The notes: generated by a model from the sequence alone, not told the origin. Shown: positions 24,528 to 37,742, counted from the whole stretch's first letter. The stretch: 63,658 nucleotides of DNA, filler included, from Reticulomyxa filosa (GCA_000512085.1; 18 parts of 18 records of this genome joined end to end with filler, not necessarily neighbours in it); one strand, 5' to 3'. Numbers and translations are program-made.

Positions 24528-26005
24528 TCACATTCTCTCGGAGGTCGCATACAAAGGGATAGTAAGCTCATCTTTGGGAACGCCTTCATGAGTTTTGAAT
24601 GAGATGACCCTTTTGGCAACATCTTGCAGAGGAGTGAGTTCTCCTCGCAAGTTGCGTTGCATGAGATCTTTGAGCAGTTGTCCACGATAGCCTTTGCCCA
24701 TTAAATAGGCCATTTTAGTGACAGCAGCTTCGATGGTCATATCAGCACAATGGATGAGATCGAGTTTGGCAAAGACGGATTTGGACGAGTACAAGCCAGT
24801 ATCGACATGTCCTTTTTCGCAATGGCTGACCAGCGCGATTTCCGTGTGGCAATGTTTCTGTAGTGTTTGCAAATGTCGAAAGAATTTTTCGCGACTTTTG
24901 CCAAACCCAACGCCATAAAACACCAACACCAATGCTTTATCTCGACATCTTTTTTTTGGGAAGGATTTGTGTTCCAATCTAGTGTCATCTTTTTTTTATT
25001 CTTTAGTGTATCACCACTACTTTGAATTGCATCTGTTGTTGTTGTTGTTGTTGTTGTTGTTGAAGCCTTTGATCCATGAACATCAGTAGCAACATTAGCA
25101 ACAGTCAATTGTCTATTCTTTCTTTTTCCTCTTTTTGCATGACAACAAAACAGTGCCTTTAACACATGATGATGAAATACAGGTGTGAGCCATAGCACAA
25201 CAATGTCGTGGAACACGGTGCTATGCACTTGAAGTCGCTTCACAGGCGCGGGCAAGAACAAACGCTCTTCCACTTCCAAGTCGATTCCAAATAATGCCAA
25301 TGGCAACAGGTTTGGCGACTCAAATGCGTTTTGATGCCATGGATCCATCTTCGTGCAACGGTTCCCTCGAAATAACTTGTTGTTAAACAGTATACATACC
25401 TCGCAGATCTCTAATCTCCCTGCCACACACAACGCTCCGATCAAGTTGTTCTTCGCATCATTAAACACTTCACTGATCGGAATTTGCGCACCTGTTATCA
25501 CCACTGGCTTGCTCAAGTTCTCCAACAAAAATGAAAGTGCCGATGCCGTATACGCCATTGTATCCGTCCCATGCAAGATTATAAAACCCTTGTAATTGTC
25601 ATACTCACTTTGGATGTGAAGTGCTATAACATTTGTTTTTTTACGTTTTTTCCCCTTTTTTTCTTTCTTTGTTCTCCATTTCTCTACCAATCCCTTTTTT
25701 TTCTTACCTAGCTCGATCCATAGCTCTGGGGACATTTGCGATGAGTCTATTGGGTTTTCCCATTCTGTTATCTCGTAACCTGGCAGTGACTCGTGCTGAA
25801 AATCTGCATCGGCTCTCATTTTACTTTTCAAAAATCCGGGCTGCACTTGCAAACCCTGGGGAGTTGGGGCCATTATAAAGGTACCTCCAGTTATTATTAT
25901 CAACACATTTCGGGCTGTCTTATCTTCTTCTTTTGTTAGCGGCTTATCATCTTGGTCTAATGGATCTACTTGAAGTTTGATATTATTATCATTTAGCGCC
26001 GTCAT
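24528..26005 (-). CDS. Type I (cytosolic) L-asparaginase
   Basis: IITGGTF, DSSQM, HGTDTMAYTASALSF, KPVVITGAQIP, RGNR, DMTIEAAVTKM and NLRGELT. One intron near 25710-25625 and a -1 frame change in the A-run near 24990. Confidence 0.9.
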
Positions 26006-27674
26006 TCTGCCCTTTTTTTTTTAAAAAAAAAACTCTTTTTACTTGGAGAGACAATCAAAAAGTATTCTTACCACTAATCTTTAAAATATAACATTATTAC
26101 TGCTTGATTAATTATTATATTTTATGATTAACCGCATTTATTTAGATTTACAATGTGTTTCAAAATATGAACTGTTCTGTTTGAGAACATGTACATGCAT
26201 ATAAACAAATTTTTTTCTTAATTAAATTGGAGTTGAAGTTTTGTGCAAAATAATCAAATTTGCAGTGAAGGAAAAAAAAAGTCAAAGAACAAGAAAATGT
26301 GCAGAAGCATTTCTTTCACAGCACACATTGATGGCTGGGAAATAAGTATTAGGAACAACATCAATTCCTTGATCAGGACCGAGACAATGTCCATTGTGAT
26401 AAAAATATATTTTCCATTCTTTGCAATTCANNNNNNNNNNNNNNNNNNNNNNNNNNNNNNNNNNNNNNNNNNNNTTAATTAATTAANNNNNNNNNNNNNN
26501 NNNNNNNNNNNNNNNNNNNNNNNNNNNNNNGGATTCGTTGGATATTGTTATCCACATGGCGCAATTTATGGGTTATTGTTGCTTCCTGTCTCCTGTCCTG
26601 CAAATGGCTCCTTAGTAGCTTATGTGTTGTCGGCACGCCCGTAGACCAACGATTTGATGCCGTGGTGCATCAACCTGGAGTCGACTGCCACCAGTCCTGC
26701 AAGTAAAGAAGTCCACTGATGTGGACAAGTGAAGATAACGAGGACTCCAGTATACGCGATTTATCTATTGCCGGCCATGTGGCTCGTGTCAATAGATATT
26801 TATGCGTCTGGGGCTGCATTGCACCCCCACTATATTATGGTCTACAATTTTTAATGTGTGAGCAGCCACTTGTGGTGTGGAAGTGCTCACGAGATCACAA
26901 AGTGGCCAACATTGGACAACATCAAAAACACGGCCGTCAAAGCGCGATGCTCCGTTTTCCAGAGTTTTGTCTACATCTTTGCCATTTCTAATTTTGTTTG
27001 CAATAACACTTTACACGACCATACAACCATGCATTGCGACATTTGTTTGCTTTGATATAGTTGTCATTATATTCGCTCGTGTTCAAGATTCCTGAAATTT
27101 GTTATTTAATATTGTTTTGTTGTTGTTGTTGTTGTTGTTTTTTTGCTTCTTCTTGATTTGTTGTTTTATTATTTGAAATTATTTAATTTTAATTTTAATT
27201 AATGTTAATAAAAAAATAAATCTCTTCACCAGCTTCAGCATTTTTCTTCGCTTTCAATAAATGATCCATTTAAAGTCTACTTTTTGGTACTGCACTTTAT
27301 GACTTCTAATCGAGTATAATAATTTACATTTCGTTTTGATGAATGTTAGATATTAAATATGTCATTGTTATTATTTTCCAGCCTCCAGAATTCGATATGT
27401 TAATATATGTTGTGGACCGACCATACGTACGTACGTACGTACATACGCATTGATAATTACGAGTGCGCATTAAAGTGTTCAAACACTTGCTGTTTTCGTT
27501 CAAGTCAAACCAATGTATCACACTCACTTTTTGTCTTTAAAGAAATCTATCCCACCAGACAAATGGGGGGGGGGNNNNNNNNNNNNNNNNNNNNNNNNNN
27601 NNNNNNNNNNNNNNNNNNTTAATTAATTAANNNNNNNNNNNNNNNNNNNNNNNNNNNNNNNNNNNNNNNNNNNN

Positions 27675-28047
27675 AATATTATCTGGATCAGATGATAAAA
27701 GTGTTCGTTTGTGGGATATTCGAACTGGTCAACAAATTCAAGTGTTCGATAATCATGTGGCAGCTATATGTGCTGTTGAATATTCACCATTTGTAGTAAA
27801 TAATATTGAAATTGACGGTAATTCAAATGTGATATGTTCTGGATCAGAAGATAATACAATTCGATTTTGGGATATTCGATCAAATAAAAATCAATTATAT
27901 GTGATCAAGGGAGAAAACAAAAAAGATAGTGGAATAATATGTCTTAAATTTGTACCAACAAAAAAGAAAAAAATGGACAAAGAAAAAACAAATGGTGTTA
28001 ATTTATATTATGGTTCATCCAAAGGTCTAATTTGTGTTTGGGGATGA
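27675..28047 (+). CDS. WD40-repeat protein, C-terminal part
   Basis: SGSDDKSVRLWDIR; CSGSEDNTIRFWD; ends GLICVWG*. Confidence 0.8.
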
Positions 28048-28576
28048 TAAATATAAATTTTTTTTGTTGAAAGATTTCGGCTTTAAAAAAAAATGTACAT
28101 ATATTTCAATTAACATATACCTCACTCGGTCAAATATTTTTATACTCTTTTTTATAAAATCATTGAAATGACGAAAAACAAATTATGTTTCGACAATGTT
28201 TACAATGATGATATGATGAGAACTTCACATAACAAACAGGTTTTGAATATCTATTGAAGAATCAAATTTATTTACTGTTATCTACATCACATGTACAAAC
28301 TATTTTGTCATGTAATCCAAACAAATGAATTGATTGCAGTCGAATATTGAATAATTAATACTCCATACATAACTGACATGTATTTCGATTTGTGCTAAAG
28401 ATTTCATTCACATTTGAGAATATTGAAAGATATTGTGTGATTTTTTTTATTGAGCTAAACTAGCTTTCCTCCATGAGGCATGACTTGAAAAAGTTTTTTT
28501 TTTTAAAGAGTTTTGTAGCTACAAAAAAAACTTAAGAAATAAAATCATACTAACTCCCCTTTGATCTTTTATTAAA

Positions 28577-29589
28577 ATGACTTTAAATGATACTAAGCTA
28601 CAAGAATGTGAAACACTTTTTCAAACCTTACCTTCTTTGCCTTCTTTCTTTGAAAGGCTTCAATGTGTGAGTCATAACAACGAAATTCTTATTTGTGGAG
28701 GTTATGGTAATCATGCTTGTTATTCATATCATACACTTAAAAATCAATACAAGTTGATTTGTTCTTATCCAAATACAGTCTATTTGTATGGACATTGTGT
28801 GGTGAAGCGCATAAATAACAGCAACAACAACCCAGATATCATCACTTTATTATCTTTTGGTGGAGAACATAAACACGTGCTAGTTATGAAATATAAGAGT
28901 GTTTGGGATGACACAGAAAAAAATGAAAAAGTAAACACAATGCAATATAATAAATGGATTCCTTGGACTGATAATTTCCATGTTTCTATTGAAATTGGAA
29001 GAAAAAAAGAAAATTATAATAGAGCACGTGCTGTAATTGGTGGAAGTAATAATCATTTATTATTCACCGCTTATTATCCAAATCGTATTTCTGTTTATGA
29101 TTTGAATAAATATACATTTATCAAACATCATACCTTACCATACATTATTTCATCCAATAATTTTGGATATCGTTGCTTTGTGATAAAAACGAGAAATAAA
29201 GTATCAAACAAAAAAAAGACTGAAATGATTTTATTTTGTTGTAATGTGGGATTATCAATTGAATATGATGAACAAAGTAAAAAAAAATATCTGAGCATTT
29301 TTATGTACATGTTGATGATGTTATCTTATTTTTTGGTGGATATAATCTTACATTTACTTCAAAAGTGCACAGATATTCAATAAAGGACAATACATGGATG
29401 CAATTTGAACAAAGTATGCATATTAAATTTTCTGATTGTGTTGTAACATTGAGTGCAAATGGTGTATTTGCACATATCATTGGAAGATATCATGGAACGA
29501 ATAAAGAAACACTACATCTAAAAACAAGGATGAAAGATTGGATGATAGAGGAAACAGATAAAGAAAGAGAATGGATGATAAAAGAATAA
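28577..29589 (+). pseudogene. Kelch-motif family protein with an internal deletion/frameshift
   Basis: EILICGG, CYSYH, LLSFGG and AVIGG repeats. About 20 codons present in the 57101-58227 paralogue are missing near 29280, and the frame shifts before DDVILFFGG. Confidence 0.75.
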
Positions 29590-29609
29590 AAAATTTTTAA
29601 AAAAAATAG

Positions 29610-30020
29610 TTGAAATATTTCAAACTATTCGAAGTCATTCCACTATCTTTCTATGATCTAGAAAAAGCTATATTTTCCTCTGATGGTACTAAGGCCATTT
29701 TAGTCTCAAAGTATAAATCAATTCAATTATGGGATATAAAAATACCAGAAATGAGAATATTAGAATGTTCAGATGCATTTGATTTTGCACAATTTTCAGC
29801 AGATGAAAATGTAATAATATCATGTTCAAATGATCACACAATCCAATTTTGGGATGTAAAATCATGTAAAGTGATAAAAAAATTTAAACTTCCGTATACA
29901 TGGAAAGGTCGATTCTCATCAAATGGAAAAATTTTTGCCCCTTGTTTATCTGATCAAATAGTTCGAATATGGGATACACAATCCGAACAAGTGATACAAA
30001 CAATATCCATTAAAAAAAAA
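29610..30020 (+). pseudogene. Divergent WD40 fragment abutting the Kelch gene
   Basis: FSSDG..IQLWD, SCSNDHTIQFWD and VRIWD; no ATG seen; truncated by the contig end. Confidence 0.6.
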
Positions 30021-30189
30021 NNNNNNNNNNNNNNNNNNNNNNNNNNNNNNNNNNNNNNNNNNNNTTAATTAATTAANNNNNNNNNNNNNNNNNNNNNNNN
30101 NNNNNNNNNNNNNNNNNNNNGTGCTACAGTAAGTTGGAAAAAAAAACTGCAAGCATAAAATACCACACATTGAAGTGGTGATGTTAAAA

Positions 30190-30295
30190 TTTCTCTTTTA
30201 AGACATTACTCCTAATCTACTTTCATCACATACGGCTCATTCTTATTTGATCGAATATTCAAACAACAAACCGTTTTATCCAATGGCCCAGACAT
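30190..30295 (-). pseudogene. Decayed WD40 C-terminal remnant
   Basis: SGPLDKTVCCLNIRSNKNEPYVMK resembles the last repeat of the 33334-33619 and 27675-28047 genes. Confidence 0.5.
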
Positions 30296-30409
30296 GTCAC
30301 ATTTGAATTACAATCAGGACACAAGCTTCTCAATAAAAGTTTCGCTTAAGTTGTATTTTGGGTTTTTATTGTTTATTGTTTTTCTCATTTTGCTTTATGA
30401 TCGAAACAG

Positions 30410-31480
30410 TAAAAAAGAAGAAATCCAAATCATTATTCATCATTGGATTCGAATATTAAAGATTAAATTAGGATGGATCAGAGATTTTGACAATCAATTA
30501 TATTAGTTCATTTTTTTTTCATCTAGTGTAAATCAAAGTATTCCTTATTTAACAAGGTATATACAGTAGATTGCAAAAAAAACTGCAATACCTAAAGGCA
30601 TTATATGAAGAGGATTGTTTTCTCAATGAAAAATAAAGATTTAAACCTAATTTTTTAAAAATATCTAATAATCTTGTAGTTTTTAAATATTAAATTTTTT
30701 TTTTGCTAATTTTCTTTATTGTTGATATTTTTAGAAAAAACTTATTATAAGACCAATTTCATATTTAAAAATTACATGATTAGTATATATTTTTTTAAAA
30801 AATTAGGTTTAAATCTTTATTTTTCATGGAGAAAATTGATTCTCTTCATATAATGCCATTTAGGTATGTCAGTTTTTTTTGCAATCTACTGTATCTTTAT
30901 GTTTGATACATTTCGTTCATCATCCAAATTACGCAATACATTCACTGGACTACTAGCCAGGTGAATAGTATTGACTATTCAACATTTGATTGTGATTAAT
31001 TCATTTTATCTTGGATCATGTGATAAAACGGATCGTGTATGGGATGTTGATAACAACAAACAAATTCAATCATTCAATAAACATTCAGATTGTATGTACT
31101 TTGTGAAATTTTCACAATACCATTATCATAATAATCGTCAAAATGTCATTTGTTCTTCATCAAGTGACAAAACCATTCGTTTTTGAGATTTCAAATATAA
31201 TAAGCAATTACAAATATTCAATGGACACAATTGTATTTTCACCATTTAATTGTGGTAGATATTTATGTTCTGGGTCTGACAGAACTATTTGTTTATGGGA
31301 TGCTGAAACATACAAATCATTATATATTTTCAACGGACATAAAGACAGTGCTGGTGTGTTGATATTTCTTCATTACAAAGCAATAATAGCAATATTGATA
31401 ATGAAAGTAATAATATTGGTTTGATTGGTGGAAATGGATATACAATTTGTTCTGGATCATGTGATAAAACCCTTCGAATA
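30410..31480 (+). pseudogene. WD40 pseudogene interrupted by a MITE
   Basis: IIHHWIRILKIKLGWIRDFD, FMFDTFRSSSKL, GSCDKT.RVWD and ICSSSSDKTIRF*; multiple stops and frameshifts. Confidence 0.85.
30564..30891. mobile_element. Complete 328-bp Tc1/mariner-type MITE with a TA target-site duplication
   Basis: TA|CAGTAGATTGCAAAAAAAACTG ... CAGTTTTTTTTGCAATCTACTG|TA with imperfect TIRs over 100 bp. Removing the element plus one TA restores the in-frame GTA TAT ATC TTT ATG TTT GAT. Confidence 0.92.
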
Positions 31481-31860
31481 TTTACATACAGATTCATTAG
31501 ATGAAATTTTACTAATGACTATGTAATTGTATATTTTCTTTTTTGAATATTTATCTTTTTAGCTTGCGTATGCATATGCTCACTTTGAATGAAGTAATTA
31601 CACCAAAAGAAACTGATTATTTCTATGATCATATTTTGTACACGAGAACGGTTGAAGTATTTATATGGAGCTTCTAAAGAATTTAGATTTGGTCATCGTA
31701 ACTTCACTAACTTTGAGATAAAAATAAATGGAAGGCAAATCTCAGTGATATGCAAGGATAAAAAATCAATCATGATTATAATCTTATTCTTAATATACAT
31801 GAGATGATATTTAAGTGGACGTATATTTATGAAGAAAGATAATTTGCAATGAGTAATGCT

Positions 31861-32023
31861 AACAATAAAAAAAACTAGTAAAAAAATTTAATATTTAAAA
31901 ACTACAAGATTAGTAGATATTTTTTAAAAAAAAATTAGGTTTAAATCTTTATTTTTCATGGAGAAAATCGATTCTCTTTATATAGTGCCATTTAGGTGTT
32001 GCGGTTTTTTTTGCAATCTACTG
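31861..32023. mobile_element. One arm of another copy of the same MITE family
   Basis: Approximately the reverse complement of 30564-30723; ends GCAATCTACTG|TA. Confidence 0.85.
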
Positions 32024-32255
32024 TATAAGTCGAAAACAATGAATAAAAAGACTTTTTTTGTAAATGTAGAATATACAACAGTTTGTGATTCCTTGGTTAG
32101 CATAATGTCGTTTTAAAACCCCCACATTTTTCCATTAAACAAAAATTTTGTTCCACATACTTTTGTAGCGTATGAAAAGGAAAACCAACGAGTTTTTTTT
32201 ATCGAAACACTTATTCCTTTTAAAAAAAACCAAAATTACATCATAGTTCCTCAAC

Positions 32256-32990
32256 ATGAGCAACCAAACCTTTCAAGCTTTGAAGGAATTGCCCGATCCA
32301 CTTGATCAACATCAATGCGTGCTCCATAAACACGAACTCCTCATTTGTGGGGTGAACTTGAGAGAGATTGTTATTCTTATCATATACTCAAAAACAAATA
32401 CAAGTTTATCTGCTAGTATCCAAGTGATATTGAATTATTTGAACACTGTGTAGTGAAACTGGTAGATAATTACTATAACAAAGACAACAATCAAACTAAT
32501 TTGTTGTCTTTTGGATCTAGTTATAATGGAGAAAATAAACATACATTGGTGATGAAATATGTAAGTGTTTGGAGTAATGACAATAATGACAATGAAATAA
32601 ATAAATTAAACAATTACAATGAATGGACCCCTTTACAGACAGTCACAATCATCCAATTATCTTTGGAAGATATTAAAGTTATTATCACAATGAAGTTTGT
32701 GCAGTAATTGGTGGAAGAAACAACATTTGTTGTTTATCACTTGTTCTTATAACAATATTAGTGTGTTTAATTTAAATATATTTCAATTTATTAAACATGA
32801 TAAATTACTAACTAAAATTGAAATATGGTATCATTGATTTGTATCAAAATCAGAAAATGGACAAGGACAAGAAATAATGAAAACAAATAGACAAAATTAT
32901 CAAATGCTGTTGTTTTGTGAAAAAACAGGATTATCAATTGAATATAATGAAGATAACAATAGTTTTCAATTTCATGAATTACCTGTTTGT
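32256..32990 (+). pseudogene. Kelch-motif family pseudogene
   Basis: FQALKELP..QCVLHKHELLICG, LLSFG, KHTLVMKYVSVW and GLSIEYNED lie in different frames with stops. Confidence 0.85.
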
Positions 32991-33333
32991 CTTAATATAT
33001 ACAAAAAAATCATTTTTCAACAAAGAAAATCTTATAAAACTTTCTTTTGCAAGAAATAAATAAATGATTTCCATTGATTCAATTATTTTTTAAATATTTC
33101 TTTTTTTATAAGATATAATCATCCTTATATTTACATGGATTAAGAGAAAGCATTTCGTACGTGACAAAAAATTATTCTATTTAATAAAAAAGTTAAATGG
33201 TGTAAAATTAAAGTAGAGTCTTCCATTTATACAAATTTAATATTTGCTTATTGATCAATAACAACAAAAAATAATTAACTTGAAAAAAAAAAAAAAATTA
33301 GATATTACATGTCGTAAAAAATTATCAACGTAT

Positions 33334-33619
33334 TCATCCACAAACACAAATTAAACCATTGTTTAAACCATAACATAAATTCACACAAATATCACCGCTT
33401 GATTTTTGTTTATTGTTATTTAGTTTCTTTTTCAATTCTATAAATTTAAGGCATGATACTCCGCGACCTATATTCATCACACACAATTCCTTCTTATTTG
33501 ATCGAACATCCCAAAATCGAATTGTATTATCATTTGATCCAGAGCATATCACATTCGAATTACTACCAAGTTTACTACTATTCTCTATTACAAATGGTGA
33601 ATATTCAACAGACCATACA
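33334..33619 (-). CDS. WD40-repeat protein, C-terminal part
   Basis: VEYSPF..ICSGSNDNTIRFWD..GLICVCG*; paralogue of 27675-28047. Confidence 0.75.
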
Positions 33620-33719
33620 NNNNNNNNNNNNNNNNNNNNNNNNNNNNNNNNNNNNNNNNNNNNTTAATTAATTAANNNNNNNNNNNNNNNNNNNNNNNNN
33701 NNNNNNNNNNNNNNNNNNN

Positions 33720-36700
33720 GGGGTCGATAAAAGTGGAATGAAATAACAATAGATACTTAAACGCACATGAAATGGCCACAGCACTGAGACAGCGACTGTG
33801 TAAAACCAATGTTGCGTTCAAAGAATTTTGCGACAAGGCACAGTTTCACGAAAGATGCAAAGGATTGGACTTGTGTTCATATTTGTCTAAGCCATTTCAA
33901 AGGATGTTGAAATACAAGCTTCTTTTACAAGTTCCGAAGGGGGAAGGGGGAGAAAAAGAAGAAAAAAAGTTCAAACATTTTAACACTCTTTCCTTTTGTC
34001 TATTTTCCTTGTCCAAAATGAATAGGAAATAGTAAAGCATACGAGCATAGGCCATCCTGATTTGGACGACCTGGCATTTGCATTGCAACAAATTTCCGAA
34101 GTTATTGGCATTGTGTTAAATTTCAAAAAAACCCCACAAAAAAAAAAAGTTTTTTTTTTTAAAATAAACTAAGTTACTTCAATTGGTTGTACAAAAACAA
34201 AAAAAAAAAGACTGAACAAACGGATAAATGAAAAAATGAAAGAACACGACAGTCGCCTGAAAGTGCGGATGATAGAGATGAGACTGCATCCTCGCTTGGA
34301 ATTGGTGTCGCCCGCACGCAAGTTTTTGAAGGAAGGGAAGTTGACGAAAATCTGTCGCAAAAGTGACCAAAGCTATCAATTTATTGTGTTCAGCGACTTG
34401 CTGCTGTACGGAGATTTGGTGAACGACGACGATCAATCAGTGAAAGTTCATCGACAGATTGCCATTGACAACTCGTTTCGCGTTCGCGACATCCCTCAAA
34501 ATGCAAAGTACGGCACTAAGTGCTTCGAAATTCACTCGCCCGTCAAGTCCTTCATTGTGTACGGAGACCACCCCGCGATCAAATATCAGTGGCTTCAATT
34601 GTTCGATCAAATCGTGCAAAAGCAAAACACCCTGAAAACACCAAAGAGAAGGCCCGCGCCATTGTGGCTGCCAGACGATTTCACCAAGCAATGCATGATG
34701 CCCACTTGTTCTAATACGTTCACTTTTACACGTAGAAGGCATCATTGTCGATACTGGTATTTTTTTGTATACACACACACTGTCTTTCAAAGAATCAAAT
34801 ACATATACATATATATATATATATTTGTATGTGCTTATTCAATAGTGGCCATTTGGTGTGTGGTCCATGTTCCACTAATAAATTACCACATTGGACTCAT
34901 GTCCGACAACTTGTCCGAGTGTGTGATTCATGCTTGTTAAGCATACATTCTTTCTAATTTTTTTTTTGATTTGCAAGGGTGGAGGGGATGATGCTATGTT
35001 GAATTGAAATGCATGGGCTGGGTGGGTGGATGGGTCCAGTGACGAGTTCAAAGAGTCGCAAAATAGCAAGGAGGAAATAAAAGACTCTGAACGCAATGAC
35101 GAAAACAGCTTGATGTGCTCCTCGCAACTGGTCGAATTCAACTACTGGAGCGATGACGAAGACACGAGTGAGGAAAGAAAGACCAATTGCGGATCCATTT
35201 CACGCAATGAAAGCATTGCAAACGATCTTCCTCTTTACGACGCTGGCTACAAAGAAGGGACTTTGGAGTTGAATGCTGTGTGCGATCAAGAGTCGAATAC
35301 AGAACAATGTGACAAGCGCAGTATTAGCTTGTCAAAGAAGGAACGAGTAAATAGCAAAGACTCGCTCACGTCAAAACTGCTTTCGCTTGAAGCTGAACAA
35401 CGCATTTCTTATGTGTCGCAGTTTATTATTTTATATTTGTGTGTGTGTGTTTTATCTTTTCCTTCTTTTGCGGCTTTGTTCCCGGAAAATTCTTGGAACG
35501 TTTGCATGCTTGGATATAAGGCAAATCGATTGGTTTTAACAGATATGTCGGAAAAGACAAAGCATTGTTTTCGACCACTGCAAAAGTGTATCGTTTCGGG
35601 ATCAATGCTTTGAATCGTACCATTACCAATTCCGTGTCCATGTTTTCCAGTTACCTTTACCTTTACCTTTGTCACACACACACACACACATACATACACA
35701 TGTAAGGTATGTGTACATACACAAAGTCTTTGTATTGAGCTTATCACTGACATTGAAAGAAAGCAGATTGCAAGAGAGCAATAACAACAAACATAACACA
35801 CATATGCACACAGACCCGTTACCAACGGTCACTTCAAAATCAGAAGAGAAATCTCCTGAAGTGACCGAGTCACGGAGCAACTCGTCTTTCACCAATAGCT
35901 TTGCTTTTGGTGGCTGTGCATCTTCATCAATGGCAACAACAGATCAGACGATAGTGTCGACCGAGAAAAAAAGTTTCACATCCATTGGTTGTGGCGTTTT
36001 GGATATTTCTGTTCATCCGTCGCGCGCTGATGTCTTGTTGATGAGCTTGCAAACATACAATGAAGTCGTCCAATGGCATTTATTTCCGGCATCCATTGTT
36101 TGTACTTTGTATTTGCATTTGTACTTTGTATTTGTATTTGGTGGTTTAAACATAGTTATGACAATTGGTCTTTGCTTTATTTCATTTTTTTAAATAAACA
36201 AAAAAAAAAAAGAAAGCAAAGAAAAAAGATGAAAGACACTGCCTTTTGAAAGGCAGAGAAACGAAAAGTGATCAAAATGAAATCGTGTGTGTGCAAATCA
36301 AACATAAGGATATTATGACCCAATTTTTCAATTTGTTGCAGTCTTTGTGCATCGATCAAATTGTTATGCTTTTTTTTTTTATTCTTGTATCTTATATCTT
36401 TAATATCTTTATATCTTATATCTTATATCTTATATCTTGTTGTCCATCCAATTTACTGATCAAGGTGGGCTTTTTATGTATGTGAGGGGGTAACATAGTC
36501 TTCTGTGATAGAGACTCAACCACAAGTAGACTCAGCCGACAGCCCGACAAATGAAAACATAGAAAAAGATGACGACAAAGTGAAGACGCTCCAAATGGAC
36601 AAAGCGCAAACAAATAAGAAAATTCATCGCGCATGCCATTTGTTGAAAGGTGCAATCGGCGACCCAAATGTTATTGAAAAGCGCGTGTTGCAATTTTTGA

Positions 36701-37329
36701 GAAGCAAAGGTTTAACGAATGAAGAATTAAGAATGGCTTATCATCAAATTAGAGTTTAGTTTGCTTGTTTATTTGTTTTTTAAATGCAAACAAAGTAATA
36801 TTGCTTCTCTCTTTTTTTTTAAAACAGCTTCCGCTCCCCAAAGAATTGAGTGTGATGACATCGCCCAATGTAACTCACTCTCAAAACTTGAAACAAAATA
36901 AGTGTAATGCTTCATTGCAAAATTCTTCCACATCGGACGCTGAAGTCGAAGACATAACGGTATTTTTACATGTGTTTTTTTTTTAACATTGTTTTTCGCA
37001 AAAAAAAAAAAAAAAAAGGGGCTTCAAAAACGAAAAAAATGCTAAAATATGTGTATGAATTGATACTCGTTGGGAATACAGTCTCCAACAAAACTTGAAG
37101 CCTCTGACTTGGAGAATGACTCAAAACAATGGACAAACGAGTTAACAACTTCAACAACCTCGCACAGAGTTCGCAAGCCCAAGTTCCACGGCTTATTGAA
37201 AAAAAGGAAAAAACCAGAGACAATAAACATTTACTGATCAAACTACGCAGTGGCAAAGAAAGAGAAAAAGGTCACATTTCCGCGGCATTAAAAGTCGATA
37301 CTCACAGCAATTACAATGATGAAAAATAA
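33720..37329 (+). CDS. FGD-like RhoGEF (DH-PH-FYVE) with a long C-terminal extension, 5'-truncated, multi-exon
   Basis: DH LCSYLSKPFQRMLKYKLLL; PH FLKEGKLTK..VFSDLLLY..YQW; FYVE WLPD..C..C..F..RRRHHCRYCG..C..CS..RVCDSC. Linkage of the exons after about 35000 is inferred from strand continuity. Confidence 0.8.
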
Positions 37330-37742
37330 TTGCAAAAATATATCACTTGGTGACCTTTCCACATATACTTTAAGAGATGCTGGGGCAACTCTTTGATATT
37401 ATGGTATAAAGCAATTGGGGGGCATGATGTATTTTTATTTCATTGTTATTTTAATTTTTTTTTTTTCATGCTTCATTTTTTGTTTACAAAGCAATGTTAA
37501 TGAGAATGTGCAAATATTGGATCTTACATATATTTTATATATTCGGTGTTACCATCCTAGATCCGTGTCTTCTTTGTTTGCTCGACAGTTCAACAATTAC
37601 TTTTTGAAGAACGAAAAGGGCAGTTTTTTCAACTGCGTAGCTAACTGAAAGAGCAAGGGACCCAACAGAAACATCAGAATACAATACAATAAGATTCTAT
37701 TTAGTCTTTTTTGAAGAAAACGAGTGGAAATCACTTTGAATT

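Noticed and set aside
25035-25130. Thr/Lys-rich insertion in the asparaginase as a new domain
   Set aside because: It is a low-complexity (ACA)n loop expansion like others in this genome.
36385-36440. (TATCTT)n and other simple repeats such as (TA)n, (AAT)n and (TACG)n
   Set aside because: These are ordinary microsatellites without spacer structure.
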